A DNA stretch of 64,000 bases from Candidatus Peribacteria bacterium (GTDB lineage Bacteria > Patescibacteriota > Gracilibacteria > UBA1369 > LOWO2-01-FULL-3): assembly GCA_943357285.1 (NCBI GenBank), contig CALRGJ010000007.1:56-64055 (forward strand), in the 5' to 3' direction. A program made the translations under genes and the position numbers. Shown here one piece after another: positions 11,851-21,790 of the stretch; the first letter of the stretch is position 1; every line of letters begins with the position of its first letter. Under the pieces are notes generated by a model. The model ran no database searches, was not told the origin of the DNA, and was given only the letters and a program-made list of their open reading frames with translations.

Positions 11851-13311
11851 ATGAATCACGGAAATGTAATAATCAGCTTTGACGAGGTATCGTTTTACTA
11901 CGATCACAACAAGCCAATCCTCAATGAGAGTAGCTTCACTGTGCGTGAAAACGCTAAGATTACCATCATGGGACAGAACGGTGCAGGTAAGAGCACTATC
12001 TTCAAATTGATACTTGGAGAACTAAAGCCAACAGAAGGTAGAGTAAATATTCTTAATAAGGCTTCCATCGCCATTGGTCTTCAGGTAATGCCTAAAAAGT
12101 ATTTTGACCTAACGGTTACTGAATATTTTGAAACTGCCTTTGATGAGAAAAAATATGATATAGAAAAAAGAGTTAAAGATGTATTGGAAGTGGTAAATCT
12201 TACAACTGCGTTTGATAAGAAAATTAAAGATTTTTCAGGAGGTCAATTAGCTAGATTGCTTTTGGCATATGCCCTTATTCAGGAACCGGATATTCTTCTA
12301 CTTGATGAGCCGACTAATAATCTGGATGTTGATGGAATTAACCATCTTACTGGATTTCTCATGGGTTATGAAAAGACTGTAATTGTAATTTCTCATGATG
12401 CTGGATTTTTGAATTCATTTACGGACGGAGTTTTGAATCTAGATGTTTACACTAAAAAAGTAGAACAATATGTAGGGGATTACTTCGATGTAATTGAACA
12501 AATTGCTCAGCAGATTGAACGTGAACAAAGAAAGAATGCTCAGCTCGAAAGAAATATTCAAGATCGTAAAGATAAGGTGAATTTCTTCTCCAATAAAGGA
12601 GGTAAAATGCGTCGTCTCGCTAGTAAACTTCGTGATGAAGTAGCTGAAGATGAAGAGAATATGGTGGACGTAAGACGTGATGATAAGACTATTAGACCTT
12701 TTGTTATTCCAGCTCAACCATGGTCAGAAGTAGTCGCTAGAATTTCATCTGTTGGCATCATTCATGATCACAAACGAACAGCTAAAAAAGTTCAAATTAA
12801 ATTTTTCAATAGTACAAGATTGCAAATTGTCGGACCTAATGGTATAGGCAAAAGTACTCTTTTAAGAGAGCTAGCACTTGGCGAAAACGAGGGAACTTCT
12901 ATTACTCCAGGCGTGAGAGTAGGTTACTACCAACAAGATTTTGCCGGTCTAGATTTTGATGAGACTGTATATGACTCACTTCTCAAGATTAGTGATGATC
13001 CATCACATGAAAGAATTTACGCTACTGCCGCGCACTTTCTCCTTACTGGGGAAATGATTAGAAATAAAATTGGCTCTTTATCCGAAGGACAAAAGGGTCT
13101 TCTTTGCTACGCTCGTTTTGTACTTCAGAAGCCGGGAATTTTAATTCTCGACGAGCCGACAAATCATATTAATTTCCGTCATATTCCTATCATCGCTCAA
13201 GCGATCCAAGATTACGATGGAGCAATCATTCTTGTTTCTCATATGCCGGAATTCGTTGAACAAATTACTTTCAATGAAACTCTGGATCTCGCCGGATTTT
13301 TGAAGAAATAG
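11851..13311 (+). CDS. ABC-F family ribosome-associated ATPase
   Basis: Two ABC cassettes (GQNGAGKST, FSGGQ, LLLDEPTNNLD; GPNGIGKST, LSEGQ, LDEPTNH), no TM segments. Confidence 0.92.
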   Translation: MNHGNVIISFDEVSFYYDHNKPILNESSFTVRENAKITIMGQNGAGKSTIFKLILGELKPTEGRVNILNKASIAIGLQVMPKKYFDLTVTEYFETAFDEKKYDIEKRVKDVLEVVNLTTAFDKKIKDFSGGQLARLLLAYALIQEPDILLLDEPTNNLDVDGINHLTGFLMGYEKTVIVISHDAGFLNSFTDGVLNLDVYTKKVEQYVGDYFDVIEQIAQQIEREQRKNAQLERNIQDRKDKVNFFSNKGGKMRRLASKLRDEVAEDEENMVDVRRDDKTIRPFVIPAQPWSEVVARISSVGIIHDHKRTAKKVQIKFFNSTRLQIVGPNGIGKSTLLRELALGENEGTSITPGVRVGYYQQDFAGLDFDETVYDSLLKISDDPSHERIYATAAHFLLTGEMIRNKIGSLSEGQKGLLCYARFVLQKPGILILDEPTNHINFRHIPIIAQAIQDYDGAIILVSHMPEFVEQITFNETLDLAGFLKK

Positions 13312-13312
13312 A

Positions 13313-13618
13313 TTAGGCTTTCCACTGCGAAACTTTGAGGTCTACTTTCTCTCCATTAAAAACTACACCTTCTTTTGATAGAAGTTTTCTTTTTACATCC
13401 ACTCCACCAAAAGCATATCCCGTGAGAGCACCATCTGCTGCCACTACGCGATGACAGGGAATAAGATTGATATCAGTGTTATTTCTCATACACATTCCCA
13501 CGGCTCTGGCTGCACGAGGACTTCCAGCTAGTTTTGCTAATTGACCATAGGTCGCAACTTTTCCTGCAGGAATTTTGCTGGCAATCTCGTAAACTTTCTG
13601 ACTAAAAGATGTCTTCAT
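13313..13618 (-). CDS. O6-methylguanine-DNA methyltransferase family protein (MGMT/Ogt C-terminal domain)
   Basis: IPAGKVATYGQLA...AARAVG...IPCHRVV with active-site Cys. Confidence 0.92.
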   Translation of the reverse strand: MKTSFSQKVYEIASKIPAGKVATYGQLAKLAGSPRAARAVGMCMRNNTDINLIPCHRVVAADGALTGYAFGGVDVKRKLLSKEGVVFNGEKVDLKVSQWKA

Positions 13619-13713
13619 ATTTATACGTTATCTCATCTTAATATATCTCATAAGTAAGCCAATAAATCCATGTGAGATTAGCAGATTAATCACTTTGGTG
13701 ATAAACTGAACTT

Positions 13714-14556
13714 ATGAAAAAATATTCAAAAAATTTCGCTATCGCTTTCGCTAGTGCTCTAATTTTTGTTGGCTGTAACTCTCCTCAACCAACACCTACA
13801 CCTGATCCCATCCCGCCAGATGAAAAAGTTGTTCAAGCGGATGCTAAGGTAACAACACTGGAGGAATCACTCAAGAAATTATTTGCCCAAAATCACGGCA
13901 AAACTGTTGAGGATATCACCATTATTATTACGGAAAATGACGAGACTCATGTAAGAGGAACTATTTCTATAGCACCAGGAGGTTCAGAAAATTCAGGACT
14001 CTTCTTGGCTCTCAAAACAAAAGAAGTTTGGAAAATCGTTTACGAAGGAAATGCAGCTGTTTCTTGTAAAGAGATGGAAAAATTTGGCTTCACGGAGTCT
14101 CAATTAAATGGAATTTGCGATCCTCAGCCGTTAACTCAACCATCAAAGGAAACATCTGTCAGCACCATGATCGTAAAAGTTTATTTTAACAATCCGGAAA
14201 TCGATCCGAATTGGGATTTTGAATGTAGCAACGTTTTAGCAGTAGAAAGAACAATTCCTAAAACTGAGTCAGTAGCTGCAGCAGCGCTGACAGAATTGCT
14301 TAAAGGTCCAACTGATGCAGAAAAAGCTAAAGGATACGTGAGCAATATTAACGCTGACGTAAAAGTTCAAGGGATTACTATTAAGGATTCTGTAGCAAAA
14401 GTTGATTTCAACGATCAGCTACAATATCAGGTGGGAGGTTCATGTAAAACTTCTGCCATCATCGCACAGATTACGCAGACTCTAAAACAGTTTTCATCAG
14501 TTAAAGAAGTTGTGATTTCAATTAACGGACAGACAGAAGATATTTTACAACCGTAA
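13714..14556 (+). CDS. Lipoprotein with GerMN domain
   Basis: Lipobox FVGC; ALTELLKGPT...GGSC...QITQTLKQFSSVKEVVISING. Confidence 0.88.
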   Translation: MKKYSKNFAIAFASALIFVGCNSPQPTPTPDPIPPDEKVVQADAKVTTLEESLKKLFAQNHGKTVEDITIIITENDETHVRGTISIAPGGSENSGLFLALKTKEVWKIVYEGNAAVSCKEMEKFGFTESQLNGICDPQPLTQPSKETSVSTMIVKVYFNNPEIDPNWDFECSNVLAVERTIPKTESVAAAALTELLKGPTDAEKAKGYVSNINADVKVQGITIKDSVAKVDFNDQLQYQVGGSCKTSAIIAQITQTLKQFSSVKEVVISINGQTEDILQP

Positions 14557-14592
14557 GAAGACAAAAACTTCCCAATCTTGTATTATGCCCAC

Positions 14593-15417
14593 ATGAGTAT
14601 ATTCACAAGAAAATCAAAACGGAAAATTGTTTTGGCGACAGCCACTTTAATAGTAGCTATTTGTGCTATGGGAGTTTATCGCTTCATGAAGAGTCCTGCT
14701 TATCTAAAAGAATCTGTTCCGGCAGCTGTTAACATTCAGACTATCGCTAAAGTACCAGAGAAAGCTAAGGCTCCTGAGATCCCTGAGCCCACTATTAGCA
14801 CTCCTGTGCTTCGCAATGTACCGAAAGCTAGTATCAAGCCACTGCCAAAAGAACTAAATCTTGCTATGACTTTTTATTCTCAAGCACCTTTTGTTGATTG
14901 GAGTGAGCCATGGCAGAATGCCTGTGAAGAGGCGAGTATTCTGCTTGTTGCAAATACTTATTACAAACATGGTTGGACTAAGGAAAATTTTCGTGATCAG
15001 ATTTTGGAGCTGGTAGATTGGGAAAACGAAACATTTGGCTTTTACAAAAGCACCACCACTCAGCAGATGACTAAAATCTTAGAAGATTTCCTTCAACTCA
15101 AAACTGTGATTCACCAAAATCCGACATTTTCCGACGTTCAAACCATTTTAGATAAAGGTCATCTTATAATAATTCCACTTGCGGGCAGAGAATTGAAAAA
15201 TCCTTTTTTTACAAATGGCGGGCCTGATTACCATGTGCTGGTAATTAAAGGTTACAAAGAGGGTGAAAAAGTTATTACCTCAGACGTCGGCACTCAGCAC
15301 GGAGAGAATTATGTTTACACTTGGAAGACGATTTCAAGTGCCAACCACGACTACGCTACACCCATTAATAATGGCGATAAGTTAATGATTGAAGTTCTAC
15401 CCCCATCAGAAAAATGA
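14593..15417 (+). CDS. C39-like cysteine peptidase with N-terminal anchor
   Basis: FYSQAP..W..PWQNACEEAS, YHVLVIKGY, ITSDVGT. Confidence 0.85.
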   Translation: MSIFTRKSKRKIVLATATLIVAICAMGVYRFMKSPAYLKESVPAAVNIQTIAKVPEKAKAPEIPEPTISTPVLRNVPKASIKPLPKELNLAMTFYSQAPFVDWSEPWQNACEEASILLVANTYYKHGWTKENFRDQILELVDWENETFGFYKSTTTQQMTKILEDFLQLKTVIHQNPTFSDVQTILDKGHLIIIPLAGRELKNPFFTNGGPDYHVLVIKGYKEGEKVITSDVGTQHGENYVYTWKTISSANHDYATPINNGDKLMIEVLPPSEK

Positions 15418-16712
15418 CCCTCCCAAACTACAGCCTCAGCCTCCTTGGTAAAAAAATAGCATTTTCTGCATTTGTTCAGTTAATTGGAAAGATATTGCAG
15501 ATTGTGCTTGCGGGAGTCAGTATTAAACTTATTTCCAATTTTCTTACTCAAGAAGGTTATGGAGTTTATGCTTCAATTACCGAGTACGCTTTGTTTTTTG
15601 CCACAGTTGCAAATCTCGGAATTTTTGGGAATGTGATCCGCTTAATGTCTGATAAACCGGACGATTCAAAAATATTTGTTCATGCTCTTTTTGTTCGTGC
15701 AATTACCGGAGTATTTTTCTTCGCCTTAGCAATTCTCATTTGTTTTTTGAATGGAAGTAGCAATATTTTTATAATTGGTACGGCACTTTTTTGCAGTGCT
15801 CTCCTCTTCGATTTTCTGACTTCTGTTTGCGATGGAATGCTTCAAGCAAACTACCTCATGGGACGTGCTACCGCAGCTCTTTTACTTGGAAGAATAGTGC
15901 AGGTAGCCGTGATTTTTTGGATTGTCAAAAATATAAATTCCATGGAACATTTCTGGATTCTAGGTTCCACTCTTATTGGTAGTTTATTCACTTTTTTTAT
16001 GAGCCTTATACTGGTTGCTCAGAAAATAAAAATAAATTGGCAACTTGAGTGGGGGACGATGGTTATTTTTTTTAAGAGAAGTCTTCCGTTTGGAATAATT
16101 TCCCTAATAAATACTCTCTATTTTAGATTTATTCCCGACTATCTTGCTAACAATTTACTTACCGATGCACACTTTGCCAGCTTTAATATTTCCTTTAGGA
16201 TAAGCCAAGTACTAAGCCTAGCCTCCACTTTTATAATGTTCTCAGCTTTACCGGGACTTACTGAATATATTGATGGAAAGCATTACGAGAAAGCAAAAAA
16301 ACTTTTCTTCTCATTACAAAAAATATTTTTAATTGCAGGTCTGCTTTTAGTGCTTTTTGGAACACTTTTTGGTCCCTATGTCATCGCTTTCCTCACTCAT
16401 TCAAAATATAATATTCCCGAGCTAAGCTTCATACTTCCCATGATGCTGATTCTCGCTGCCATATCTTATGGCTACGACCTGGTAATGCTCAGTCTATTCG
16501 CCGCAAGAAAAGATGTGTGGTTCATGTGGCGTGAATTTATTGGTCTCGGTATTGGCCTCATCTTTTTCATAGCTTCCTATTTTACACCGGATATGACAGA
16601 AAAAATGATCCTGATTTTACTTGGAGCAATTGCAGGAGAGCTCACTATGGTAATTCTTGGCACATTTAAAATGCGAAAACTTTTCCGCGGTCATCCTACT
16701 ACTACATCTTAA
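15414..16712 (+). CDS. Wzx-like polysaccharide flippase
   Basis: About 12 TM helices, L..EGYGVY...ANLGI MOP-family start. Confidence 0.8.
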   Translation: MTLPNYSLSLLGKKIAFSAFVQLIGKILQIVLAGVSIKLISNFLTQEGYGVYASITEYALFFATVANLGIFGNVIRLMSDKPDDSKIFVHALFVRAITGVFFFALAILICFLNGSSNIFIIGTALFCSALLFDFLTSVCDGMLQANYLMGRATAALLLGRIVQVAVIFWIVKNINSMEHFWILGSTLIGSLFTFFMSLILVAQKIKINWQLEWGTMVIFFKRSLPFGIISLINTLYFRFIPDYLANNLLTDAHFASFNISFRISQVLSLASTFIMFSALPGLTEYIDGKHYEKAKKLFFSLQKIFLIAGLLLVLFGTLFGPYVIAFLTHSKYNIPELSFILPMMLILAAISYGYDLVMLSLFAARKDVWFMWREFIGLGIGLIFFIASYFTPDMTEKMILILLGAIAGELTMVILGTFKMRKLFRGHPTTTS

Positions 16713-17403
16713 CATGAGTGGGTTTTCTATTCACAGCAGGAGTCGAAACACTTAGCCTCCTTTGAGTATCCGCATCAAATACCGTGAGTGCTCGGCGTTG
16801 GGATTCAAGTCTTTGATACATCACCTCAAGAGGAAGCCCTTTTTTGTTTAAATCCCTATCAAGTCTTTGTTGTTCTACCAGGTCCATTTGGCCAGTCAAA
16901 AGAATTTCATAAACACGATCCGCGGTGGCGCCAACCATTGATTCAATAAATAAAGAAGAGGTAAATCCCTCAACTATTAACAGTCCATTATTATCTCCCG
17001 GAACAACTAATCTTGATTTTTTCGAGTGTTCCCCGGTGGCTCCATCATATTCCATAAAATCAAAAGAACTGACAGTTCCTTGTTTGTGCCTCAAGACTGC
17101 TTCTCTTGCTATATCTCCTGGATGATAATCGGTAATTTCCAAATCTCTTCTTTCCGATCTTGGCAAAACATCCATGTCCATAGTAGCCAGAGCAACTCCA
17201 ATTCCACGCTTGGCTATTTCCGCCATTATTCTTTCTACAAAATACGTTTTCCCGATTCCAGGAACTCCCTCTATGCTTAAGAAATGATACTTACCTTGAA
17301 GCAGCTCATTCACTACGCCTTCTACTACTGCTCTTCTTTTAATAATTAACTCTGGAGAGTCATGTCCTTGAACATCAATATCTAGAATCAATTCAGAATG
17401 CAT
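16702..17403 (-). CDS. P-loop kinase, uridine kinase/PRK-like
   Basis: SIEGVPGIGKT Walker A, MDMD, YD..TG, LLIVEG, RLDRD. Confidence 0.7.
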   Translation of the reverse strand: MHSELILDIDVQGHDSPELIIKRRAVVEGVVNELLQGKYHFLSIEGVPGIGKTYFVERIMAEIAKRGIGVALATMDMDVLPRSERRDLEITDYHPGDIAREAVLRHKQGTVSSFDFMEYDGATGEHSKKSRLVVPGDNNGLLIVEGFTSSLFIESMVGATADRVYEILLTGQMDLVEQQRLDRDLNKKGLPLEVMYQRLESQRRALTVFDADTQRRLSVSTPAVNRKPTHVKM

Positions 17404-17584
17404 GAACTAGTTATACGAAAAATCACCCATAGGTCAATGCTAGAAATCTTGCATTTACACCTGTATTTATTCCTAATACGAAAAAATCTCACCAGAAGCT
17501 CAAGTAGAAGCGAAGCGAGATTATAAAAGCTTGAGTAATATGGAGCTAATCGCGTACACTTATCTCACACTAAACTCTCAAGCT

Positions 17585-18070
17585 ATGGACCTAGTCTTAA
17601 TATTCAACTCAATTAGAGATATTCCATTCAGAATACCTTTGTCCTTAGAAGATAAATCAATTGATTGCCTCACCAAGCACAAGATGCTTTTTGATGCACT
17701 GACGAATGAAGGCCATAAGGCTAGATTCCGAATTTGTTCTTTTCTTTGGAGTGATCAGAAAATTCCAAAAGAAATTCTATCAATACCTCACGATGACAAG
17801 TGCGAACATTTATATTTAGAAATTTTACTCAATGATGAGTGGATCACCCTCGACGCAACTTGGGATCAGAAGCTTAAAAACATCATGCCTACTAGCGAAT
17901 GGGACGACAAGACAAACACCAAGCTAGCAGTCACACCCATAGAAATTTATCCTCCAGACGAGGGCAGGGAAGTCGTGCACAGCGCTAGCGAAGAAGCGTT
18001 TCTAGAAGATATTAGAAAGAGCGGAAAGTTCTACGAAGCGTTGAATAATTGGCTGGAAGAGAACAGATAG
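17585..18070 (+). CDS. Transglutaminase-like hypothetical protein
   Basis: IRDIPF, C..KH, H.YLEI, WITLDATWD (Cys-His-Asp triad pattern); start uncertain (17540 or 17585). Confidence 0.7.
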   Translation: MDLVLIFNSIRDIPFRIPLSLEDKSIDCLTKHKMLFDALTNEGHKARFRICSFLWSDQKIPKEILSIPHDDKCEHLYLEILLNDEWITLDATWDQKLKNIMPTSEWDDKTNTKLAVTPIEIYPPDEGREVVHSASEEAFLEDIRKSGKFYEALNNWLEENR

Positions 18071-18092
18071 CCACCACAATTTTAAAATAATT

Positions 18093-18167
18093 TGGCTGGG
18101 GTGGAGGGGTTCGAACCCCCGAATGGAAGCTTCAAAGGCTCCTGCCTTACCACTTGGCTACACCCCA
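18093..18167 (-). tRNA. tRNA-Gln(TTG)
   Basis: TGGGGTGTAGCCAAGTGGTAAGGCA-GGAGC-CTTTGAA-GCTTC...GGGGGTTCGAACCCCT-CCACCCCAGCCA cloverleaf, encoded CCA. Confidence 0.95.
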
Positions 18168-18266
18168 GAGAAGACTGGATAAATTTAGCAATCTAGAAGT
18201 TTTAAGTCAATTTGTAATTTATATCGTAAATAGGTTAGAATAAGTCGTTGATAAATAACAACTCCT

Positions 18267-18845
18267 ATGGACCCAATTAATCCTCAGCCAAATTCAGCTC
18301 CAACACCTGCGCCAGTTTCTCAAACTCCAGCGCCAGTTGCGACTACTCCAGCACCAACACCAGTCACTCAAGCAGCCGCTGCGCCAACCCCAAAAACCTG
18401 CAAGTGTCCTACAGTAAATGCCGCAGATTGGGACAAGAAAAAACAAATTATTAATAAAGTTTTCTTTAAAGCTTTTTCCCCTCGCATCTTTTATTATCCA
18501 TTCTCCTTCGTGATTGACGTACTTCGCGCGCAGAAAGCTGCGATCGCGAAAGGCTACAAGCCGGTGGAGAATGGAATGGTGCTCGATGATGGAGCAATGT
18601 TCCTCGGGAATGCGATGATAGAAGTTACTGGAGCAAATACTAATGATCCAGCCGTTCTCTCTCTAGAAGGAAAAGAAGTTTACACTAAAGTTTCTCGCCG
18701 TCCTTGGAATCAAATCAAATTGGATATTGATGAGCTCACCAAAGAGCTTGGCAAAAAACCTGCCCAGTTTTTTATTTGGTACACATCTTGTCCTGGTTGC
18801 ACTGAAAATAAAGAAGTGAAATCAGTGCTTATCGCTTTGCCATAA
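18267..18845 (+). CDS. Hypothetical protein, Pro/Thr-rich N-terminus plus 'bacterial hydrolase'-like Cys-motif domain
   Basis: CKCP...WD.K and WYTSCPGC motifs. Confidence 0.65.
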   Translation: MDPINPQPNSAPTPAPVSQTPAPVATTPAPTPVTQAAAAPTPKTCKCPTVNAADWDKKKQIINKVFFKAFSPRIFYYPFSFVIDVLRAQKAAIAKGYKPVENGMVLDDGAMFLGNAMIEVTGANTNDPAVLSLEGKEVYTKVSRRPWNQIKLDIDELTKELGKKPAQFFIWYTSCPGCTENKEVKSVLIALP

Positions 18846-18857
18846 TCTACTAGGCCA

Positions 18858-18933
18858 TGGTGGAGCTGACGGGATTTGAACCCGCACCTTCTAGGTGTCG
18901 AGCATAGACGCTCTACCATTAAGCTACAGCCCC
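18858..18933 (-). tRNA. Atypical tRNA: Ala-type acceptor (G3:U70, A73) with a 19-nt anticodon arm containing CUCGACAC (Val GAC-like or 4-base anticodon)
   Basis: GGGGCTG-TA-GCTT-AATGGTA-GAGC-G-TCTATGCTCGACACCTAGA-AGGT-GCGGG-TTCAAAT-CCCGT-CAGCTCC-ACCA. Confidence 0.8.
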
Positions 18934-18961
18934 ATGACTCCACCAGGCTATTTAAGCATAC

Positions 18962-19034
18962 AAAAAGATCCTCTTTTGACAAAGGATCTAATGCGACACC
19001 TAGAAGGGCTGTAACTTACAGCGTCCATACTTTC
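18962..19034 (-). ncRNA. Putative small RNA antisense to the downstream atypical tRNA
   Basis: Promoter TTGATT-18-TATAAT (19070-19041), three blocks complementary to the tRNA, terminator AGATCCT-N10-AGGATCT-TTTT. Confidence 0.6.
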
Positions 19035-19040
19035 GTCTAT

Positions 19041-19070
19041 ATTATAACAAAAGAAGCGATTTGAAATCAA
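19041..19070 (-). promoter_or_regulatory. Sigma70 promoter of the antisense RNA/tRNA unit
   Basis: TTGATT-18 nt-TATAAT with TG at the extended -10 position. Confidence 0.6.
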
Positions 19071-19122
19071 TACTTATCATCACAAAAAAGTGTTGAACAG
19101 GTCCGTTCAACACCACTCACTT

Positions 19123-19779
19123 TCATATCCTCGCACTCGGACAAATCTTCTCCAGCGGACAAATTTCGCACCTTGGTCTTCTTGCGATACAAATCGCTCG
19201 ACCATGATCTATCATGAGAAAAGAAAAAATTCCCCAGTCCTTTTGAGGAAGCAATTTTACCAAAATCTGCTCGATCTTTACCGCACTCTTCGCATCACTC
19301 ATTTTCTTCGGAACTAATCCGAGTAGTCCGCAAATTCTAGCGACGTGAGTATCCACTACAATGCCTTCATTGCGCCCAAATCCAGAACTCAACACTACAT
19401 TAGCAGTCTTTCTCGCCACGCCCGGCAGACTCAATAATTCTTCCATATTCCCAGGAACTTCCCCTCCAAAATCTTTCACGATTTTCTGCGCCGCCCCTTT
19501 TATATTCTTTGCTTTATTTTTATAAAATCCCGTCGAATAAATCAGCTTCTCTAATTCGTGCACATCGCATTCTGCAAAATCTTCTACTTCAGGAAAGCGC
19601 TTAAACAAAGCCGGTGTGACTTTATTCACTCTCACGTCCGTACACTGTGCCGAAAGAATCACCGCAACAACCAATTGAAAAAGATTGCCATAATCCAGCG
19701 CGATCTTTGAATCCGGATATTTCTTTTTCAAAATCCTGATAATTTCCGCCGCATGCGTTTTCAAATTCTTCATGTCCAC
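19123..19779 (-). CDS. nth: Endonuclease III
   Basis: ILSAQCTDVRVN, LPGVARKTANVV, VVDTHV, C-x6-C-x2-C-x5-C [4Fe-4S] motif. Confidence 0.97.
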   Translation of the reverse strand: MDMKNLKTHAAEIIRILKKKYPDSKIALDYGNLFQLVVAVILSAQCTDVRVNKVTPALFKRFPEVEDFAECDVHELEKLIYSTGFYKNKAKNIKGAAQKIVKDFGGEVPGNMEELLSLPGVARKTANVVLSSGFGRNEGIVVDTHVARICGLLGLVPKKMSDAKSAVKIEQILVKLLPQKDWGIFSFLMIDHGRAICIARRPRCEICPLEKICPSARI

Positions 19780-19788
19780 ATTCTAGCA

Positions 19789-21267
19789 TTATCTCAGCAC
19801 TTCGCTAGAAGCAGTATCAGCCTTAATCTCCTGCATGATCTGTTTGCTCCACAAATCCTGATACTCCTGAGGCAAAGTACCAATGTGCTCTTTATCCAAA
19901 ATAGTCAAAGGCAGATAGATTAATGGATCCACATGTTTTCCGTTAAACAGAACTTCGAAATGTAAGTGAGGTCCGGTAGTCATATATCCGGCACCTGGAG
20001 TACCTGGCATACCACCACTTAAACCAATTATTGTTCCCTGATTTACTTTTTGTCCTGAAGTTACAAGAATATTACTCATATGCCCGTAAACTGTCATGAA
20101 ACCACCAGCATGTGACAAGATGATATAACTATAGCCATAACCATTGTCACGCGCCACGTACACCACAGCATCTGCCGCAGCACGCACTGGAGTACTTTGA
20201 TACTGAGGAAGATCCACAGCATTATGTTGAACTCCGAATATACCGACATATCTAGAGTCATGGAAATAAGCACTGATACCACGATTTGGATCTACCGGCC
20301 AAGCAAATTGTCCGCCTTTTACGTTCATATTGCTCATTTGGAACGCATATAGAGCCTGAGTCCTATAATCTAAAATCGATTTGTATTTAGAAATATCAAA
20401 ATTATCTCCTTCCAACGCAATCTTATCTTGCAAGAAGGTGAGAGCATTTCCCAAACTCTTGATGTCTTGAACCATCTCATCTTGTTGCTGAATAGTCTGT
20501 TCAAGTAATTTCTTGAACACATCTTCCTGCCCCATAGTAATCTTCAATAAGTCCTCTTTTGACTGTTTTTGGAGATCTAGATCTTTCTTTTGGCTAGCCA
20601 AATCGGCTTGTAAGCTGGCAAGTTTTATTCTCTTTTTTTCCAGATAGTCTTTCGTGGTTTCCATGGTTCTACCGAGTTCATCTAGTTTTTCAACCATCTG
20701 TTTCCCGGCTGCATCTAGAACATTAAAGTAATCCAATTGGCGCATATTTTCGCCCACGGAACCATCCGTTAACAGAAGCTTAAAGGCATCGACAGATCCA
20801 TCCTCGCCATGAGAAAGCATCTTGTTTTCCTCCTGATATATTGTTTTTACATAATCTTTCAGCTGCGCCGCTTGATAATTCATTGCAACTTCATTTATCT
20901 CAATCTGTTCATAGAGTAGGGAAATCTCATTCTCTTTTTCAATCACATTCTTGGTCACGCTCAAAAGCTGCTTTGCCATAGAATCGACCCTTTCATCAAT
21001 ATTCTTTAATTGTTGCTGAAGAGTGACTTTCTCTTCTGTAACAAGGTCCAGACGCATCTTCGTATCTGAAACATTATTCAGAAGCTGTTTGTAATCAGTT
21101 TTATTAAGCTCAATTTGCTGCTTTACCTTATCGAGGAACTGAGCGTTTTTATCGATCTGAGGCATGGCACCTGGAGCGGCTTCATCAGCATAACCCATGG
21201 CAGTATTGGCCACCAAGAGGCTTAAAACGACTAGAATTCTGATGTATTTTTTGTTTTTAGTATTCAT
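19789..21267 (-). CDS. Coiled-coil M23 metallopeptidase (EnvC/CwlO-like)
   Basis: Signal peptide, long coiled coil, HNAVD...YGHM...[10 protein letters not shown]. Confidence 0.9.
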   Translation of the reverse strand: MNTKNKKYIRILVVLSLLVANTAMGYADEAAPGAMPQIDKNAQFLDKVKQQIELNKTDYKQLLNNVSDTKMRLDLVTEEKVTLQQQLKNIDERVDSMAKQLLSVTKNVIEKENEISLLYEQIEINEVAMNYQAAQLKDYVKTIYQEENKMLSHGEDGSVDAFKLLLTDGSVGENMRQLDYFNVLDAAGKQMVEKLDELGRTMETTKDYLEKKRIKLASLQADLASQKKDLDLQKQSKEDLLKITMGQEDVFKKLLEQTIQQQDEMVQDIKSLGNALTFLQDKIALEGDNFDISKYKSILDYRTQALYAFQMSNMNVKGGQFAWPVDPNRGISAYFHDSRYVGIFGVQHNAVDLPQYQSTPVRAAADAVVYVARDNGYGYSYIILSHAGGFMTVYGHMSNILVTSGQKVNQGTIIGLSGGMPGTPGAGYMTTGPHLHFEVLFNGKHVDPLIYLPLTILDKEHIGTLPQEYQDLWSKQIMQEIKADTASSEVLR

Positions 21268-21435
21268 ATTTGGGTTCGACGATATCTAATTATTATAGCA
21301 CGAAACAGATCTGAAAACAACAGGGGAGAGCTGGGCCCTTCGCTCCAGACCCAGCTCCATCTGGATCCAATCTCAAAAAAGACTTGCATTTATAGACACA
21401 TTCTCCTAAAATCACCTAGCAATAACTCAAACAAC

Positions 21436-21717
21436 ATGTCACATAAGAAAGCAGCCGGTTCCACGCAAAACGGCCGAGACTCGCAAGCGAAACGCCTTGG
21501 CGTAAAGGTTTATGGAGATCAAGCAGTAAGAGCTGGTGGTATCATTATTCGTCAGAGAGGTACTAAATATTTCCCTGGAAAGAATGCTGGTATGGGTAAA
21601 GACCACACAATCTTCTCTTTGATTGATGGAAAGGTTCACTTTACACAGAAAGCGATGAAGAAGTTCGACGGACGTGTATTCAAGGATAAAGTTGTGAATA
21701 TTCTCCCAGTAGCTTAG
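21436..21717 (+). CDS. rpmA: 50S ribosomal protein L27
   Basis: [21 protein letters not shown]...IIIRQRGTK. Confidence 0.99.
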   Translation: MSHKKAAGSTQNGRDSQAKRLGVKVYGDQAVRAGGIIIRQRGTKYFPGKNAGMGKDHTIFSLIDGKVHFTQKAMKKFDGRVFKDKVVNILPVA

Positions 21718-21733
21718 TCTAAACAACAATTTG

Positions 21734-21762
21734 AAAAAGTCCCCCGCTTGGGGGCTTTTTTT
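21734..21762 (+). terminator. Intrinsic terminator after rpmA
   Basis: AAAAAGTCCCCC-GCTT-GGGGGCTTTTTTT. Confidence 0.85.
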
Positions 21763-21790
21763 GTGCCTTTTCTAGTGCTATAATATACCT

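Noticed and set aside
18858-18933. tmRNA (GGGGCTG start, TCGAC, Ala-type 3' end)
   Set aside because: Only 76 nt, with a full D-arm and no tag-coding region or pseudoknots; the order does not fit a two-piece tmRNA
18858-19034. attL/attR duplication from an integrated element
   Set aside because: The copies are inverted and permuted rather than a direct repeat of the tRNA 3' end, and there is no integrase nearby
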